A stretch of DNA of 59,369 nt, the filler included, from Dugesia japonica (Eukaryota): NCBI GenBank assembly GCA_001938525.1. It is 4 parts of 4 records of this genome, joined end to end, with 100 filler letters (N's around TTAATTAATTAA, not from the genome) between each part and the next. Parts side by side here need not be neighbours in the genome. Positions count along the whole stretch, not along the records: positions 25,117 to 38,441 come from MQRL01604808.1; positions 38,542 to 47,188 come from MQRL01622324.1; 2 more parts are not named here. The stretch is one strand, 5' to 3'. The position numbers and the translations under genes are program-made. Positions within the stretch are counted from its first letter, which is position 1, and every line of letters begins with the position of its first letter. Positions 25,210 through 43,337 of the stretch are shown in pieces. A model generated the notes under the pieces. That model was not told the origin of the DNA. It searched no databases and saw only the letters and a list, made by a program, of their open reading frames with translations.

Positions 25210-26321
25210 CTAATAAATTGCTCCGACCATCGCCTCTTTGGAAGGAGCATAACCTTTTGGGTACTCTATAGCTTTATATTCCCCAATTAGTTCATTAGTT
25301 TGTTCTTCTACTAGTGTATCCCCATTAGAACCGATAGCTGCTATCATTTTTTGATTTTGTCTGTTCCTCTGTTGATCTCTGTTTATGAAATCTCTAGTCT
25401 CATTACTCTGATTTCTGAAATTATCATGTCTCTTATAATTTATATTATCAACTATTCTCGCTTTTTGTCTTCTTTCTAAATTTGTGTAACACTCTGTTGT
25501 TTTATGTCCCCACAGAAGACATCTTCCACACTGAATTGTTGGGCATTCTCTACGCAAGTGTCCCAATGCTCCACATGCATAGCATTAAATACTTCTTTTC
25601 ATTTGGCAATCTCTGTTTATATGCCCTGATTTTTGGCATGTCCAACAAACTGGAATTCGTCTGTTTTCATCATATTTATTTATTTTCATATTTGTATCTC
25701 TCAACTGTCCCTTCTGTACCACATCTCTATAACTCTGGACAATTTTTGTTGTTGAGGTTCTGAGAACATTGATTTGACCAATTGCATTATTTACCTTTCC
25801 AACTTTCTTTATTGTTGATCTGAGTTGTTCTGATGTTCTTAATTCTCGCATTTCTATTTCTTTCTTTACATCTTTATCTCCAACACAATGCATTAATAAG
25901 CATTTTTCTATTTTTTCTTCGTCCAATTTATGAATAATTAACTTTTTTATCAATTTTTTGATTTTATCCATGAATATCTCTGCCGAATCGTTGCCTTGTT
26001 CTTAACTTAAAGCTTCTTTCAGATCTTCTATTAAGAAACTTGGTTTCTGGAAGGCATTTCTGAGCTGTTCTTCAAACGATTTTTCTTCTGCTGTTTAGTA
26101 TTCTTCCAATAACGCTTTATCCAACAAAGTAGTTACCAAAGTTTTCTGCATCTTCAACTTTGTATTTGTGACACTGAAAAATCTTGGCAATTTGTAATGA
26201 ATTCTTCTAGGTTATCCCCTCTATGGAATCTCTCAGGTAATAATATGCTAATTAATAAATCCGTGGTAGTGGTCGCCATGTTAGCTGTCGCTAAGTTATT
26301 GGGTTCAGTTTCCATATCCAT
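25210..26321 (-). mobile_element. gag: Ty3/gypsy-type gag pseudogene with three CCHC zinc knuckles
   Basis: MDMETEPN..LLPERFHRGDNLEEFITNC..; knuckles CWTCQKSGHINRDC, CYACGALGHLRREC and CGRCLLWGHKTTEC; the two track ORFs share one frame and are split by one TAA. Confidence 0.85.
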
Positions 26322-26524
26322 AAAATAATTTCAATAACTTCAAAATTTATATAACAAAAAAAATTAATATTCTAATTCAGAATATTTAAACAAAGTTCTT
26401 CAAGGCTAAATTATTTTAATGTTAACAAATTTACTGGCTATAATAATCGATATTAAATTTATTAAAATTATTTAAAAATGATGATTTTTAAAATTCCAAA
26501 TAAGAGTTTATTTTTAAACTCCTA

Positions 26525-26753
26525 ACAATAATAATAATAATAACAATAGTGATGATAATTGTATTAATGTTATTGCTAATAACAATAACCAAAAATATGA
26601 AAGATAGTATTAATAGTAAAAGCTATAGTCATAATGGTGACAATAATAACTACAATAACAATAGTAGAAAATTTTANNNNNNNNNNNNNNNNNNNNNNNN
26701 NNNNNNNNNNNNNNNNNNNNNNNNNNCCGTAATAATATAAATTATGATAATAA
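26525..26753. repeat. Degenerate TAA-rich microsatellite with gap
   Basis: AATAAT-rich tract with TG-starting element ends on both sides. Confidence 0.7.
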
Positions 26754-29141
26754 TGTTGGGGTGAAACACCCCGGTAAAGAAAGAAAAGGAATAAGAAGCT
26801 AAAAGTAATGAGGGGAAAGCTAAAAAGGAAAAGATAATACAATGGGGCCTTCCAACAACCGGGCAGTTGATAAATTAATAATAAATTTGAATTGAATTAA
26901 GAAAGAAAGTAATTAAAAATAATTAATTAAGACAATTCAGCAAGGAATTAGAAGAAATATGGAAAATATTATTCAAATAATCGAAGGTGATTAGAAAAGC
27001 AATGAATAATCTTCCACAATTTAGAAACACTCCAAATTAAATTTGAATTAATTTAAATATTAAGAAAATATAATTGGAAAATGATAAAGAAAAAATTAAT
27101 TAATAATTACAAGAAAGAAAGTAAATTAAGATGAAAATCAAAAAAAGGCGAATAATTCAGCAACGGAAAAGAAAATCTGAATAACATGGAAGATAAGGAG
27201 TTCATTTTTGTCAGAATCAGAAAGTTAGCACCTTCCGAAAACTTTAAAAGGTCCATAAAGTATGAGCCAATAAGATGTCAAGAAAAGGTAAAAAAAGCAT
27301 GAAGATCATATGGCATCTATGATTAGACACCAATAAGAGACAAAGAAAAAAGAAGATAAAGTCTGAAAATCAGACAATGGGCTAATGAAAGCATGAAAAG
27401 CAAAGTAAAATGCGAAGAAAGTTGGGGTGTTTGAAGAATACTATATAAGCTCCCAAAAACTGTAATAAAAAGTCAGTAGTTAATTTAAATTATCGTGTTA
27501 ATTAACAGACAGTTTCTTGAAAATTTAGTGACAAATAACTTTGCTAATTGAACAAATTTGTTAGACAATTTCGGTGAACATTACTTTTGGAAGCCATTTG
27601 CATAAATTACCGTTATCTTCGTTGCAGGATTTTAACTAATAGTAAGTTTTTAGTTGTATTTTGTGTAATTATGATTGTTTAAAAGTGGTCAAATGATGTA
27701 CTTCGCTTAAAACAATATTGTCCGTGTGCATGGAATAATTTCTGCAACTGCCAACGTGATTGTCTACAATTCAAACATCTGTGAATACGAATCTATCTCT
27801 TTTCTAACCGAGTCAGAGTTTAGTAAAAAGTTTCTGTTATCAACTTGACTTTGTAACTCACTTAGGGCAAACCTGTTTCCATTACGTCTAAATTTCTATT
27901 TCTACGACATTGGAAATCACGCCATAATTCGTACCATTATAAGCAGGCATGTTAATTGATGAATAATCCGCGTGAATAAATAACTATCACCTAGATTGTA
28001 TATCGTCGAAAATTACGACTATCGACAAACTAGTTAACCCCACTCACTCCCGTAGTAATAATCACCTAGCTCAGCTAGCCATAATCTCATGGCTGTCATT
28101 AACAGAATTTTCATTGTCTGTTTTAGTTCTAATAATGGTCTCATTCGCACTGGATAAATGTTGCAATTCTGATTTGAACTTGAGTAATATCACTAGCATT
28201 ATTACAACTGATTAAGCCATCGACAAAACCATTCTCGTTATAACTAATATCAAGAATTTGGTGTTTTTTAATATCATCCCTACTTTTTTTCAGTATTATT
28301 TCTAAAAGTATTATTGGCCTCATTATGTGTATTATTATTATTAATATTATAAACCTCGTCACTGTAATTACTGTTAGACGAGTTTTGAGAATTCATCGGA
28401 TTATAAACATCAAAATTCAACTCCATAAAATTTATTTCAAATAAAAACTATAAACATAAATTTGCAGTTTATTTGGCAGTTTATATTAACAGCATCATCC
28501 ATATAATCATTACTACCATTTTTGGGGAGTGTCTTTATGATCAACTTGATCATGTATTTTATATGATCGACGCAATTATGCTTTCCGCTGATCTTACTAT
28601 TACGGGATCAACTACCATTTTACATACGCCTTGGATTGGATGCAATTCTGCTTTCGATTTTTAATGAATGGAATCTGCTGCAATCTCTGGTAAGATTTGA
28701 TTTCGATTTGTTTCGTGATTATTTCGCAATAGAACACTTTTCAGAAGTTCAGATTAATTTTTTAAGAGTAATTTATTAAATTGTTTTGATCCTTTTATAC
28801 TGTTTTTCAGGTCAGATCAATCTTTCATAGGTTGATTTTTGCTCAATTTCAGATTGATTTTCGATAAAAATCACTGATTTCCCAAGGTAATTTTATTGAT
28901 TTATTAATTATTTCCCCGATGTTTATAATCCATTTCTTTTTACTTTTAGAATATGCTTGTTTTATCAATTTCTCGTTGGATTTATGAAAAGTTGTGGATA
29001 TTTTTGATAATTGGTGAGATATTTCTTTCTTGTGATTTTTTGTTTTTGACTTAAATCTCTTATTTTGTCAGTTTATTTTGTTAGATGTTTTTATTATTTA
29101 AATAAGATTTTTAGACAGGTTGATTGAGTTGTGTTCCAACA
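26754..29141. mobile_element. LTR-like sequence(s) with convergent promoter cassettes
   Basis: Left end TGTTGGGGTGAAACACC with CCAAT boxes, GTTGGGGTGT, TATATAA (27442) and AATAAA (27464); right end GTGTTCCAACA with minus-strand TATAAAAG (28792-28799) and AATAAA (28772-28777); internal boundaries unclear. Confidence 0.55.
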
Positions 29142-29143
29142 CT

Positions 29144-29350
29144 TAAAAAATAGCATGCACTAATTGTAAAGAAAAATATATAGGTGAAATACACTCAACC
29201 ATCCGATCAAGAATTAAGGAACATCTGAAACAAAAAGAAAATAAAGTCTTGAAACACTTTCAACACAAACATAATGTTTTCCTAGCACGACATAATATAA
29301 CATGGGAAATACTAGGAACAGACTACATTTCCACACTTAATAGGAAAAAT
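29144..29350 (+). mobile_element. Penelope-like element GIY-YIG endonuclease fragment
   Basis: *KIACTNCKEKYIGEIHSTIRSRIKEHLKQKENKVLKHFQHKH..ITWEIL, i.e. the CxxC..YIGE..R.KEH..H motif series. Confidence 0.85.
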
Positions 29351-30326
29351 AGATTTTTGTTATGTTTCGTTCCAACATATTTAAAAATCATTTTGAAAAC
29401 ATTTTTTGTTAATGTTTTCTATTGGTTCTCTTCTGTGTCATTCAGTTTTGTACGTGCAAGAACGAGTATTTAAATGAATGGAATCATAATAAAATTTTCA
29501 AACTTTTACCGAAGAAAAAGTCTGTGTTTTTTGGTTATACCGATAAAGATTAGCTTAGAAGTTATTGGGTTATTCAAAAATATTTCAATGTAAGTTATCT
29601 GAAAATTTTGTTGGGGAAGATATTTAGAATATTTCTGCGAGACGAACCTTTACCAGATACATAGAGTCAGCCCAGTTTATCAATAAGTAATTAAATATCC
29701 TAATTCGAAAAACCGGATATGCAAAAAGGTATGATCTAGCGAGACAAGCGTCTTTCTTAATGGAAATAAAAGTGCATGATAAGGTAACACAAATAAAAAG
29801 ATATTCATGCTTACATAGAGTATTAAAATTTAAAATTGAAGAGGTACCTGATAAAGAAGTAGAAAAAACTTAAAATGACAATTAAGAGGTTTTAATGAAA
29901 ATTTTAAATTATTTTAAATTTTGCAATTTATAGTCTATAAAAGTTTTGAGTTGCATTTTGAGATACTTTAATAAATATTTGAAGTTNNNNNNNNNNNNNN
30001 NNNNNNNNNNNNNNNNNNNNNNNNNNNNNNNNNNNNNNNNNNNNNNNNNNNNNNNNNNNNNNNNNNNNNNNNNNNNNNNNNNNNNNNNNNNNNNNNNNNN
30101 NNNNNNNNNNNNNNNNNNNNNNNNNNNNNNNNNNNNNNNTTTTTTTTGTAATTGTTATTAATATTTTTTAGATGAAGTTTAAAGTAGTGCGATCATTATT
30201 TATAAACCATTTTGTTACATCATGGTTACTAAATCATAATTCATGTATTCATACTATGTTAAGTAATAGTAGTTACAGATTTGTTTTATTTCTGTAATTA
30301 GCGCATTTTAAAATTATCTTGAAAAT

Positions 30327-36122
<5,796 letters not shown>

Positions 36123-36177
36123 ATCGAATTGTTCTGTAGTGATGAATTATAGTGACGAATATCATTTCAAATTTTTC

Positions 36178-36731
36178 ATCTATTTTAGTGTCGAAATCAT
36201 TTGTAGAAAAAATTCTAAATTTTTCAAAAATATATGTTTAACGTTTTATAAATGCTATCGAGGTTTATTTTGTTTGATGATTTTTAATGGATTTTGTGCT
36301 TGGTTTCTGATCATGTTACACGGATCGTTTTGGAATTTTAGAAATGCTTTACTGTTTTATTGCTTTTATTATAGTGATTAATATGATTTAATAAATTTAA
36401 TTTTCGTAATGATCGAAATAATTTTTCAGNNNNNNNNNNNNNNNNNNNNNNNNNNNNNNNNNNNNNNNNNNNNNNNNNNATCTATTTTAGTGTCGAAATC
36501 ATTTGTAGAAAAAATTCTAAATTTTTCAAAAATATATGTTTAACGTTTTATAAGTGCTATCGAGGTTTATTTTGTTTGATGATTTTTAATGAATTTTGTG
36601 CTTGGTTTCTGATCATGTTACACGGATCGTTTTGGAATTTTAGAAATGCTTTACTGATTTATTGCTTTTATTATAGTGATTAGTATGATTTAATAAATTT
36701 AATTTTCGTAATGATCGAAATAATTTTTCAG
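36178..36731 (+). repeat. Duplicated RPB1 3' region across a gap (36178-36429 and 36480-36731)
   Basis: 252-bp copies differing by about 4 substitutions; AATAAA at 36390; probably uncollapsed alleles. Confidence 0.85.
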
Positions 36732-37194
36732 TTATAATAGCAGAAATTATTTTTCAATATTTCAATTGACTTGTTTTATCAATGGAGGTTCTTTAAATAA
36801 ATTGAATCTGTTCAAATGAGTAATTATAAAAATTTAAATAAAAGNCAAAAATTTATCACACCTTAGTTTAAATCTTAACAAGTGTAAAAATTGGCAAAAC
36901 TATATTATTCAAANAAACATTGTTTTTACAANATTAAAATTCGATACATAATTAAAAGATTTTTACAAACACTGCTGTTTCATTCAAGAATATTTAAACT
37001 CCATCAACATTACACACCAAACATCATTCACAAATAATGTCTATCATGAATTTTCTTAATTTTAGGCTCTTTAATCTTGTGCGACCTTTACTTTTTGATT
37101 CATCACTCAATATTTTTGAAATTGGATATTCCTCAAAACAGTTTTTATTCTTTTGATCTTAAGAATTTGTATCAAATAACCAATTTTCTCTTTT

Positions 37195-37290
37195 ATAAGC
37201 TTGTCTATCTGTAAACGTATTCAATTTCCGGAAATCCTTGCATAACTGTAAATCCTTCGTTTCTTTATCCAAAAGCACAATTAAGCACAA
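37195..37290 (-). mobile_element. Small gypsy reverse transcriptase fragment
   Basis: DKETKDLQLCKDFRKLNTFTDRQAY, matching KKEKKDIRICLDFRQLN..TKRQAF at ~50185-50270. Confidence 0.65.
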
Positions 37291-37791
37291 CCCAAGATAT
37301 AATCAGTAACTACAACCTATACNNNNNNNNNNNNNNNNNNNNNNNNNNNNNNNNNNNNNCTTATACGATCATATTACACGGATCATTTTGGAATTTTAGA
37401 AATGATTTACTTTTAGGAGTGATGTTTTATAAATGTTTTAAAATTAATCTTTTTTATTAAATGTTTTAATTTAAATTAAATTAATTAAATATGAAATAAT
37501 ATGGAAATCTTGGTGTTATTTGTGTTTTTGATATTTAAACATGATTTTTTATTAAATTAGTCGGTAAAAAATTATAGATACAATAATAAAATTATTAAGC
37601 CTTGTATTCTTATGTGGTTATTTATATTATTTTTATTAACCACCTAGAGATTTGGTTTTAAATATTGAAAAGAATTTAGATGAATGTTTAGAAACTTAAC
37701 TGCAGAAGATAATGTGCAAACTGACAGTAAATTGGGCAGAGTTGATTTAAGAAACCGACAGAACTTAATATTATTTAATTTTCTTATTTTA

Positions 37792-37971
37792 TTACGGATC
37801 AAAGACGAGGACTTTTTGATAAATATTCTTATTGTCAAACATTTGGTGGGAGTGTGGCTGAATGTTCTGGTCATTTTGAGCATATTAATTTAGAGAGATA
37901 ATGAAATAAGAGCTGCTGAAGGAAATAGAGTTGCATCTACAATTTTGCTAAAAAAAGAAAATTTTTTACAA
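37792..37971 (+). pseudogene. RPB1: Internally deleted RPB1 pseudogene fragment
   Basis: 37792-37898 matches 30557-30663 ([35 protein letters not shown]) and is fused to 37900-37971, matching 31222-31293 (NEIRAAEGNRVASTILLKKENFLQ). Confidence 0.9.
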
Positions 37972-38164
37972 AAAACAGCATAATAAAAATCAACAGACTG
38001 GATATGATAAGTGAAAAATGGAGTGTATAACTACATTCAAAATCTGAAAAAATCAAATAATAGTATGTAGATAGTGGCGCACTGAGTCCCCCCTCCNNNN
38101 NNNNNNNNNNNNNNNNNNNNNNNNNNNNNNNNNNNNNNNNNNNNNACTGTCTCAGTATACTCGA

Positions 38165-38420
38165 TTCTGATTGATCGCATTAATGTTGCTATTTATAAGT
38201 GGCTCAGTATATTCACTTGTAATTAGTTAAATTAGTTAAATAACTTAAATTTAATTGCATTTTTTGTTTTAATGTACCAATAAAATAAAGTAATAGCTTC
38301 GATCGAAATAAAATTATTTTAATGGAAGCTATTTCTTTAATTTAATGAAATCTTAAATGCGATCAATTTTTAAGTCCAACAATTATTCTCGCAATAATTC
38401 TTGTAATTATAAAATTAATG
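38165..38420. repeat. Dispersed repeat family A, internally deleted two-arm copy
   Basis: TTGATCGCATT..ATAGCTTCGATC followed by the inverted GAAGCTAT..AATGCGATCAA..AAGTCCAACAATTATTCTCGCAATAATTCTTG. Confidence 0.7.
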
Positions 38421-38441
38421 AACAGAAATTAATGTCTTGTT

Positions 38442-38541
38442 NNNNNNNNNNNNNNNNNNNNNNNNNNNNNNNNNNNNNNNNNNNNTTAATTAATTAANNN
38501 NNNNNNNNNNNNNNNNNNNNNNNNNNNNNNNNNNNNNNNNN
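38442..38541. other. Artificial scaffold-joining spacer
   Basis: N44-TTAATTAATTAA-N44. Confidence 0.95.
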
Positions 38542-39162
38542 TAGGGCAATTCTCAAAAAGGAAACATAGAGTTAAGTCCAGATAAATCAGCATTTCCGTC
38601 TCCAAAACTAGATTTCCATCAAAAAAGAGCATCACTGTTTGTTTGGTGGGACTTTAAAGGACCATTGCATCGAGAGCTATTGAATTCGGGACAAACGATT
38701 AACAATGTGTTCTTTTGTAAACAATAGGATATTTTAAAGTCGATTTTGGCAAAGAAACGTCCTGAATTGATTAAAAGAAAAGGTGTTATTCGTCTTCATG
38801 AAAACGCAAGACTGCACACTTCAAAGATGACTCAATTAAAAATCAGAGAATTAGGGTTTGAGGTTTTGCGACTTCACCCATATAATCCCAATATTGCCCG
38901 ATCAGATAATTACCTTTTTCGTTCTGTCAAATACTTTTTAAGAGGGAAAACCTATGAAAGTTTAAAAGACATGAAATTGGACCTCAAAGTATTTTGTTGA
39001 AAAAAAAGTCAAATTTAATTCGGATGGGATTCATTCATTGGTGAATAGAAAGAGTTATTGAAAATGATGGAAATTAAATAAGTGATTAATTGTGTTTTGT
39101 GAATAAATAAAATAGTTTTGATTTTGATATAAACTTTTCTCATTACTTTTCTGCACACCTAA
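38542..39162 (+). mobile_element. Mariner transposon 3' half, degraded transposase plus TIR
   Basis: VWWDFKG..LLNSGQTIN..KRPELIKRKGVIRLHENARLH..EVLRLHPYNPNIARSDNYLF (HDNARPH and YSPDLAPSD homologues); right TIR CATTACTTTTCTGCACACCTAA then TA, cecropia/Hsmar1-like. Confidence 0.92.
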
Positions 39163-39247
39163 TAGATTTGAGATAGTTAATCGTTTAAATTTTATTATTA
39201 ACACTAACTTTCACTAGAAACTAAATGATTTTCTATCAAAAAATGGA

Positions 39248-39518
39248 TTGGCTACACATTTCGCAAAAGTGACGAAACAAAAATAAAAGCCTTTTAGTAA
39301 GAAGTAATACCTCAGCCTCCCTATAGTCAAGACATCCATCTTTCAGAAAACTATTTGTTCCTATCTCTTCAATACAAATTATTTGACACATTAACAGCTA
39401 TCGAATCTGCACTGACTCGGTTTTTTAATAAAAAACTTAGTATAGGGCTGATATCAAAAGTTTGATCAAATGTTGAGAAGATGTTGTAGATAAATGTGGC
39501 AAATATATTTTCGATTGA
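39248..39518 (+). mobile_element. Second, more degraded mariner transposase fragment
   Basis: HFAKVTKQK..EVIPQPPYSQDIHLSENYLFLSLQ..IKSLIKC*EDVVDKCGKYIFD*. Confidence 0.8.
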
Positions 39519-40229
39519 CTCCTTTTAAATATGTGTATAAATGAATTTGAATTTTCTGAAGAAAACTAATTTTCAATTTGAAGTCTTTGAAATATAAGAT
39601 TTATTAATTAAATTAATATTTATTTTATTTAATATTTACTGTTTTGTAAGTAATGTCTTAAAAAATTCAAAAAAAGTCTAATATTGTAAAATATACATTA
39701 TTTTGAGTGATAAAATATCAAATAACAATAAAGTTAAAAATATCACTAATATTTTGAAATTTGATAATTTAATGAACTAAAATAGTTTTAGTTTTCTCTA
39801 GAAATTAATTTTGTTTTTTTCTCTGCCTTAATATTAGTTAATTTAACTAACAATATTTAAATTAATTTATACCCAAAATCATATGATTTTAATAAAATTA
39901 CTTTTTCATAATTTATTTAATTATATTATTTTTACTTTACTTAAATTATAACAATTTGTTTCAATTATAGAAACATTATTTATAAATAATTTACAAATAA
40001 CTAAGACTAATATAGTTTTATGATTGTGAGTATGTTTTGAAAAGCGAGTTGAAATTTCTGTGCTTTGGTTGGAAATTATTTTTAAAAATAATTTTTTAAA
40101 AAAATTGAATGTCACAAATTTATTAAAAAATTAAAGTAAATTAAATTAANTTTTTTGTACAAAAATTATGAATAGTTAAAGATTAATTTAAATATTTTTA
40201 TACACAATTTATCATAGATTTTTTAGAAA

Positions 40230-40500
40230 TTAAAATTTTGTTTTAAAATCTCGGAGAAATTTTAAATGATGTTTTAATAGCAAATGACTATTTTGTTTTA
40301 AAAATTTTGGGAGAATTTTAAATAATGTTTTAATAATGAATAATTGTTTGTTTAAAATTTTGTAAAATTTTAAATTATACTTAAATAACAAATGATCATT
40401 TTGTTTCAAAATTTTGTAAAAATTTTAAAGGATATATTAATAACAAATGATTACTTGTTTTAAAATTTTGGAAGAATTTTGATAAATAATAATTATTTTT
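40230..40500. repeat. ~55-bp degenerate AT-rich tandem array
   Basis: TTGTTTTAAAATTTTG..AATTTTAAA..AATA.CAAATGA repeated about 5 times. Confidence 0.7.
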
Positions 40501-43337
40501 CTTAAAATTTTCGAATTATTTTAAAATGAAAGTTTAATTTCAAATTTCAAATTTATTAAAAATAATTTCCAATTAGAGCATTGAATAAACAAATAATGAT
40601 GAATATAGTTTTGCTTTGTGAATAAATTTTCTATGGAATTGAGTTTTGACATTAATGATCCGATGGGTACTTCAAACTCATCTAACAATAATAAAACAAT
40701 CCTTTATTCCATTTGGCATAAATTATTATTGTAAAAGATAGAGCATTGCAGAAAAATTTATAATTAAGTGTTATTTATATTGTTGTTATTATTATGTAAA
40801 TATTATAAGTTTTTAAAAAGTTAAATTTTGTTAAAAAAGAGAAATTTTTAAAAACAGTAATGTTTTGTGGAACGAAAATTGTCATTTGAATTATTATTAT
40901 TTATAATTATTTCCGAATGAAAAAAACGTTTATTAATTTTTGAACTAAAAGATATTACCAAATAGTATGAGCATACAATATATACTTATTGTTAGCTCTA
41001 ATCTATATTCATGTTTGAATAACTTATACAATTAGTATGTGTGTCTGACCAAACTGATTAATTATCTAAATTTTTTTGGTCATACTATTTAAATATTTAT
41101 TACTCATATTATTCAGTAATATCCGTTAGTTAAAACTTAGTTAAATTTGGTAATTAATAGCTTATTACTGTAACTTTGTTATAAAGTATAAGTTTGTTAA
41201 GTTATTTGTAAAACTTGTTATAGTAACAATAAATCTTATTTTATTCAAATTACTTTAATAATTTTTCAAATTCTAAATAATAATAATTATTATTATAATT
41301 ATTTTTATTACTATTATGAATATTTTTCAAGACTACTTTCTTGTACAGTCTTGCTCAAAACCAAAGAAAAAGTTTATTTGAAGTATTCAATTTTATTAAA
41401 ATCTTTATTTTAAGTAATTACTTTAGAAATGAAATTCATTGTAATTATCTGAAAATAATTAATGAAACTGTTATTATCAAATTATTTACCACTAGGAAGT
41501 CAAAAGGAAATTTAATTGACATGAACAAGATCAAATCTGCAATTAAAAATCTAAAAAAAATAAATGTAAGTGGAAATTTATAAATGAAAAAAAAATGTAT
41601 TTTACAAATTTTTTTTAAAAAAATATGTAGATATTCATTAAAATTTTACGCTTTATTTAACACAGATAATGAAATGAAAACTGAAATTATTCAAATCAAT
41701 AAATAAAAAATTTAGTTTCATAATTTTTGGGTAAATTGAAAATTGAAATTTTTTTTAAAGTCGTTTTTAGTTTTGTTTATAATTGGCAAATAAGAAATAT
41801 TTAAAGAGCCAATTTCATTTTTGATAAATTTNNNNNNNNNNNNNNNNNNNNNNNNNNNNNNNNNNNNNNNNNNNNNNNNNNNNNNNNNNNNNNNNNNNNN
41901 NNNNNNNNNNNNNNNNNNNNNNNNNNNNNNNNNNNNNNNNNNNNNNNNNNCCCAATAATTTACTGTCGAGAATTTTAATTCCTTCAATGAAAATGATTTA
42001 ATTTACTTTATATCCATACTACCATTTAAAAACAATGAAATGTGTATGTATTCTTGTAAATTACATGCTAATAAGTTGTTGACAATAGTTAATTATCATA
42101 TATCAGTTTGTTTACTCACACAATGTGAAATAAAAACACTGTTAACGTACGCGTAGAGAAATAATCGTATTACTGTATTTGTTACCACAAAACTACAAAT
42201 TTGAAGTTAGAAAAGCAATTGCGTTATACGTTCGTGCTATATAATTCAGGCTAAATTGCTTATGAATTATTGTTTAGGTTTGGGATTGTATGTTAATTAC
42301 GATTCTGGCAAAGATAGAAGATGTTCCAAATTTTAAAACTTTACTTTTAAAACTTTATAAATATGATTTTGTATAGAGATATTATTATTCCACTTTTTAA
42401 TGACACAAATTACATGTCAAAATGACCATATCAATTAGACGTGTGTTTTCTTTGAACCTTTTAAATTTGGTTTAAATGAATACTTGGTGTTATTTTAAGG
42501 CTTATTTTAAAGAAACTAGTGAAACTAAAGTTATACAAAAAGTTAAGTACAATCGAAAATTGAAAATTAAATTTATATTACTTGTTGGACAAGGTATATA
42601 TTTTACANNNNNNNNNNNNNNNNNNNNNNNNNNNNNNNNNNNNNNNNNNNNNNNNNNATTGATCGTTTTACAGAATTCATTTAAAATAAAAGCTTCGATC
42701 AAAATTTTTTGTTTTTTTAATTGATATTTAATATTTCATAATTTTACATAATATAATATATAGAATTTATTCAATAAATTTGTATTTTGTGAATCAACCA
42801 GTGAATTTCCATTTAGATCTTTGACAGTTATAAACATTTGATCAATAGTAAATATTCCACTANNNNNNNNNNNNNAACACTAGCTAGTATTGCTAAAAAA
42901 GTTGATCAGCTTTTCTTTGGTGCCTAGAGTATACAATCCACAATCCAATAAGCAAATTTCGAGTAATTTGATAACCTGGGTAGTATAATTCTCTAGTAAT
43001 TGTATTCACTACTAGAAATAACACATATAGAGTAAATAGTCATACGAAATTGCTTTATTTTAAATAAATTAGTCAAGAAAATGGAGGACAATTCAAATAA
43101 ATTAAATATTTGAGTACTTTTAATGGAAAGATTAAATATATCATCAGTAAGTGAATAAATTGAAGCCGTGATATTAATTAGTATAATTTTATAAATAAAC
43201 CATGAAATCATAGCGTGGGAAAAGTAGGGCATTTGAAATAAATCCCTGTAACCGGTTTAAATTTAATAGTTGAAGTGTTTGAATTGAAGTTTTTATAAGA
43301 GCCTATTTAACTTATTAATCAGAAAACAATAATCGGG

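Noticed and set aside
10371-29800. Alternative genetic code (TAA/TAG = Gln) suggested by TAR stops in decayed ORFs
   Set aside because: RPB1 and the RING gene have no in-frame TAR, use CAA/CAG for Gln, and RPB1 ends in TAA.
42860-43250. Possible GPCR-like exon remnant on the minus strand (TIYSICVIS..RIILP)
   Set aside because: Only vague TM3-like similarity, no DRY motif, stops present; hydrophobicity is expected in AT-rich DNA.
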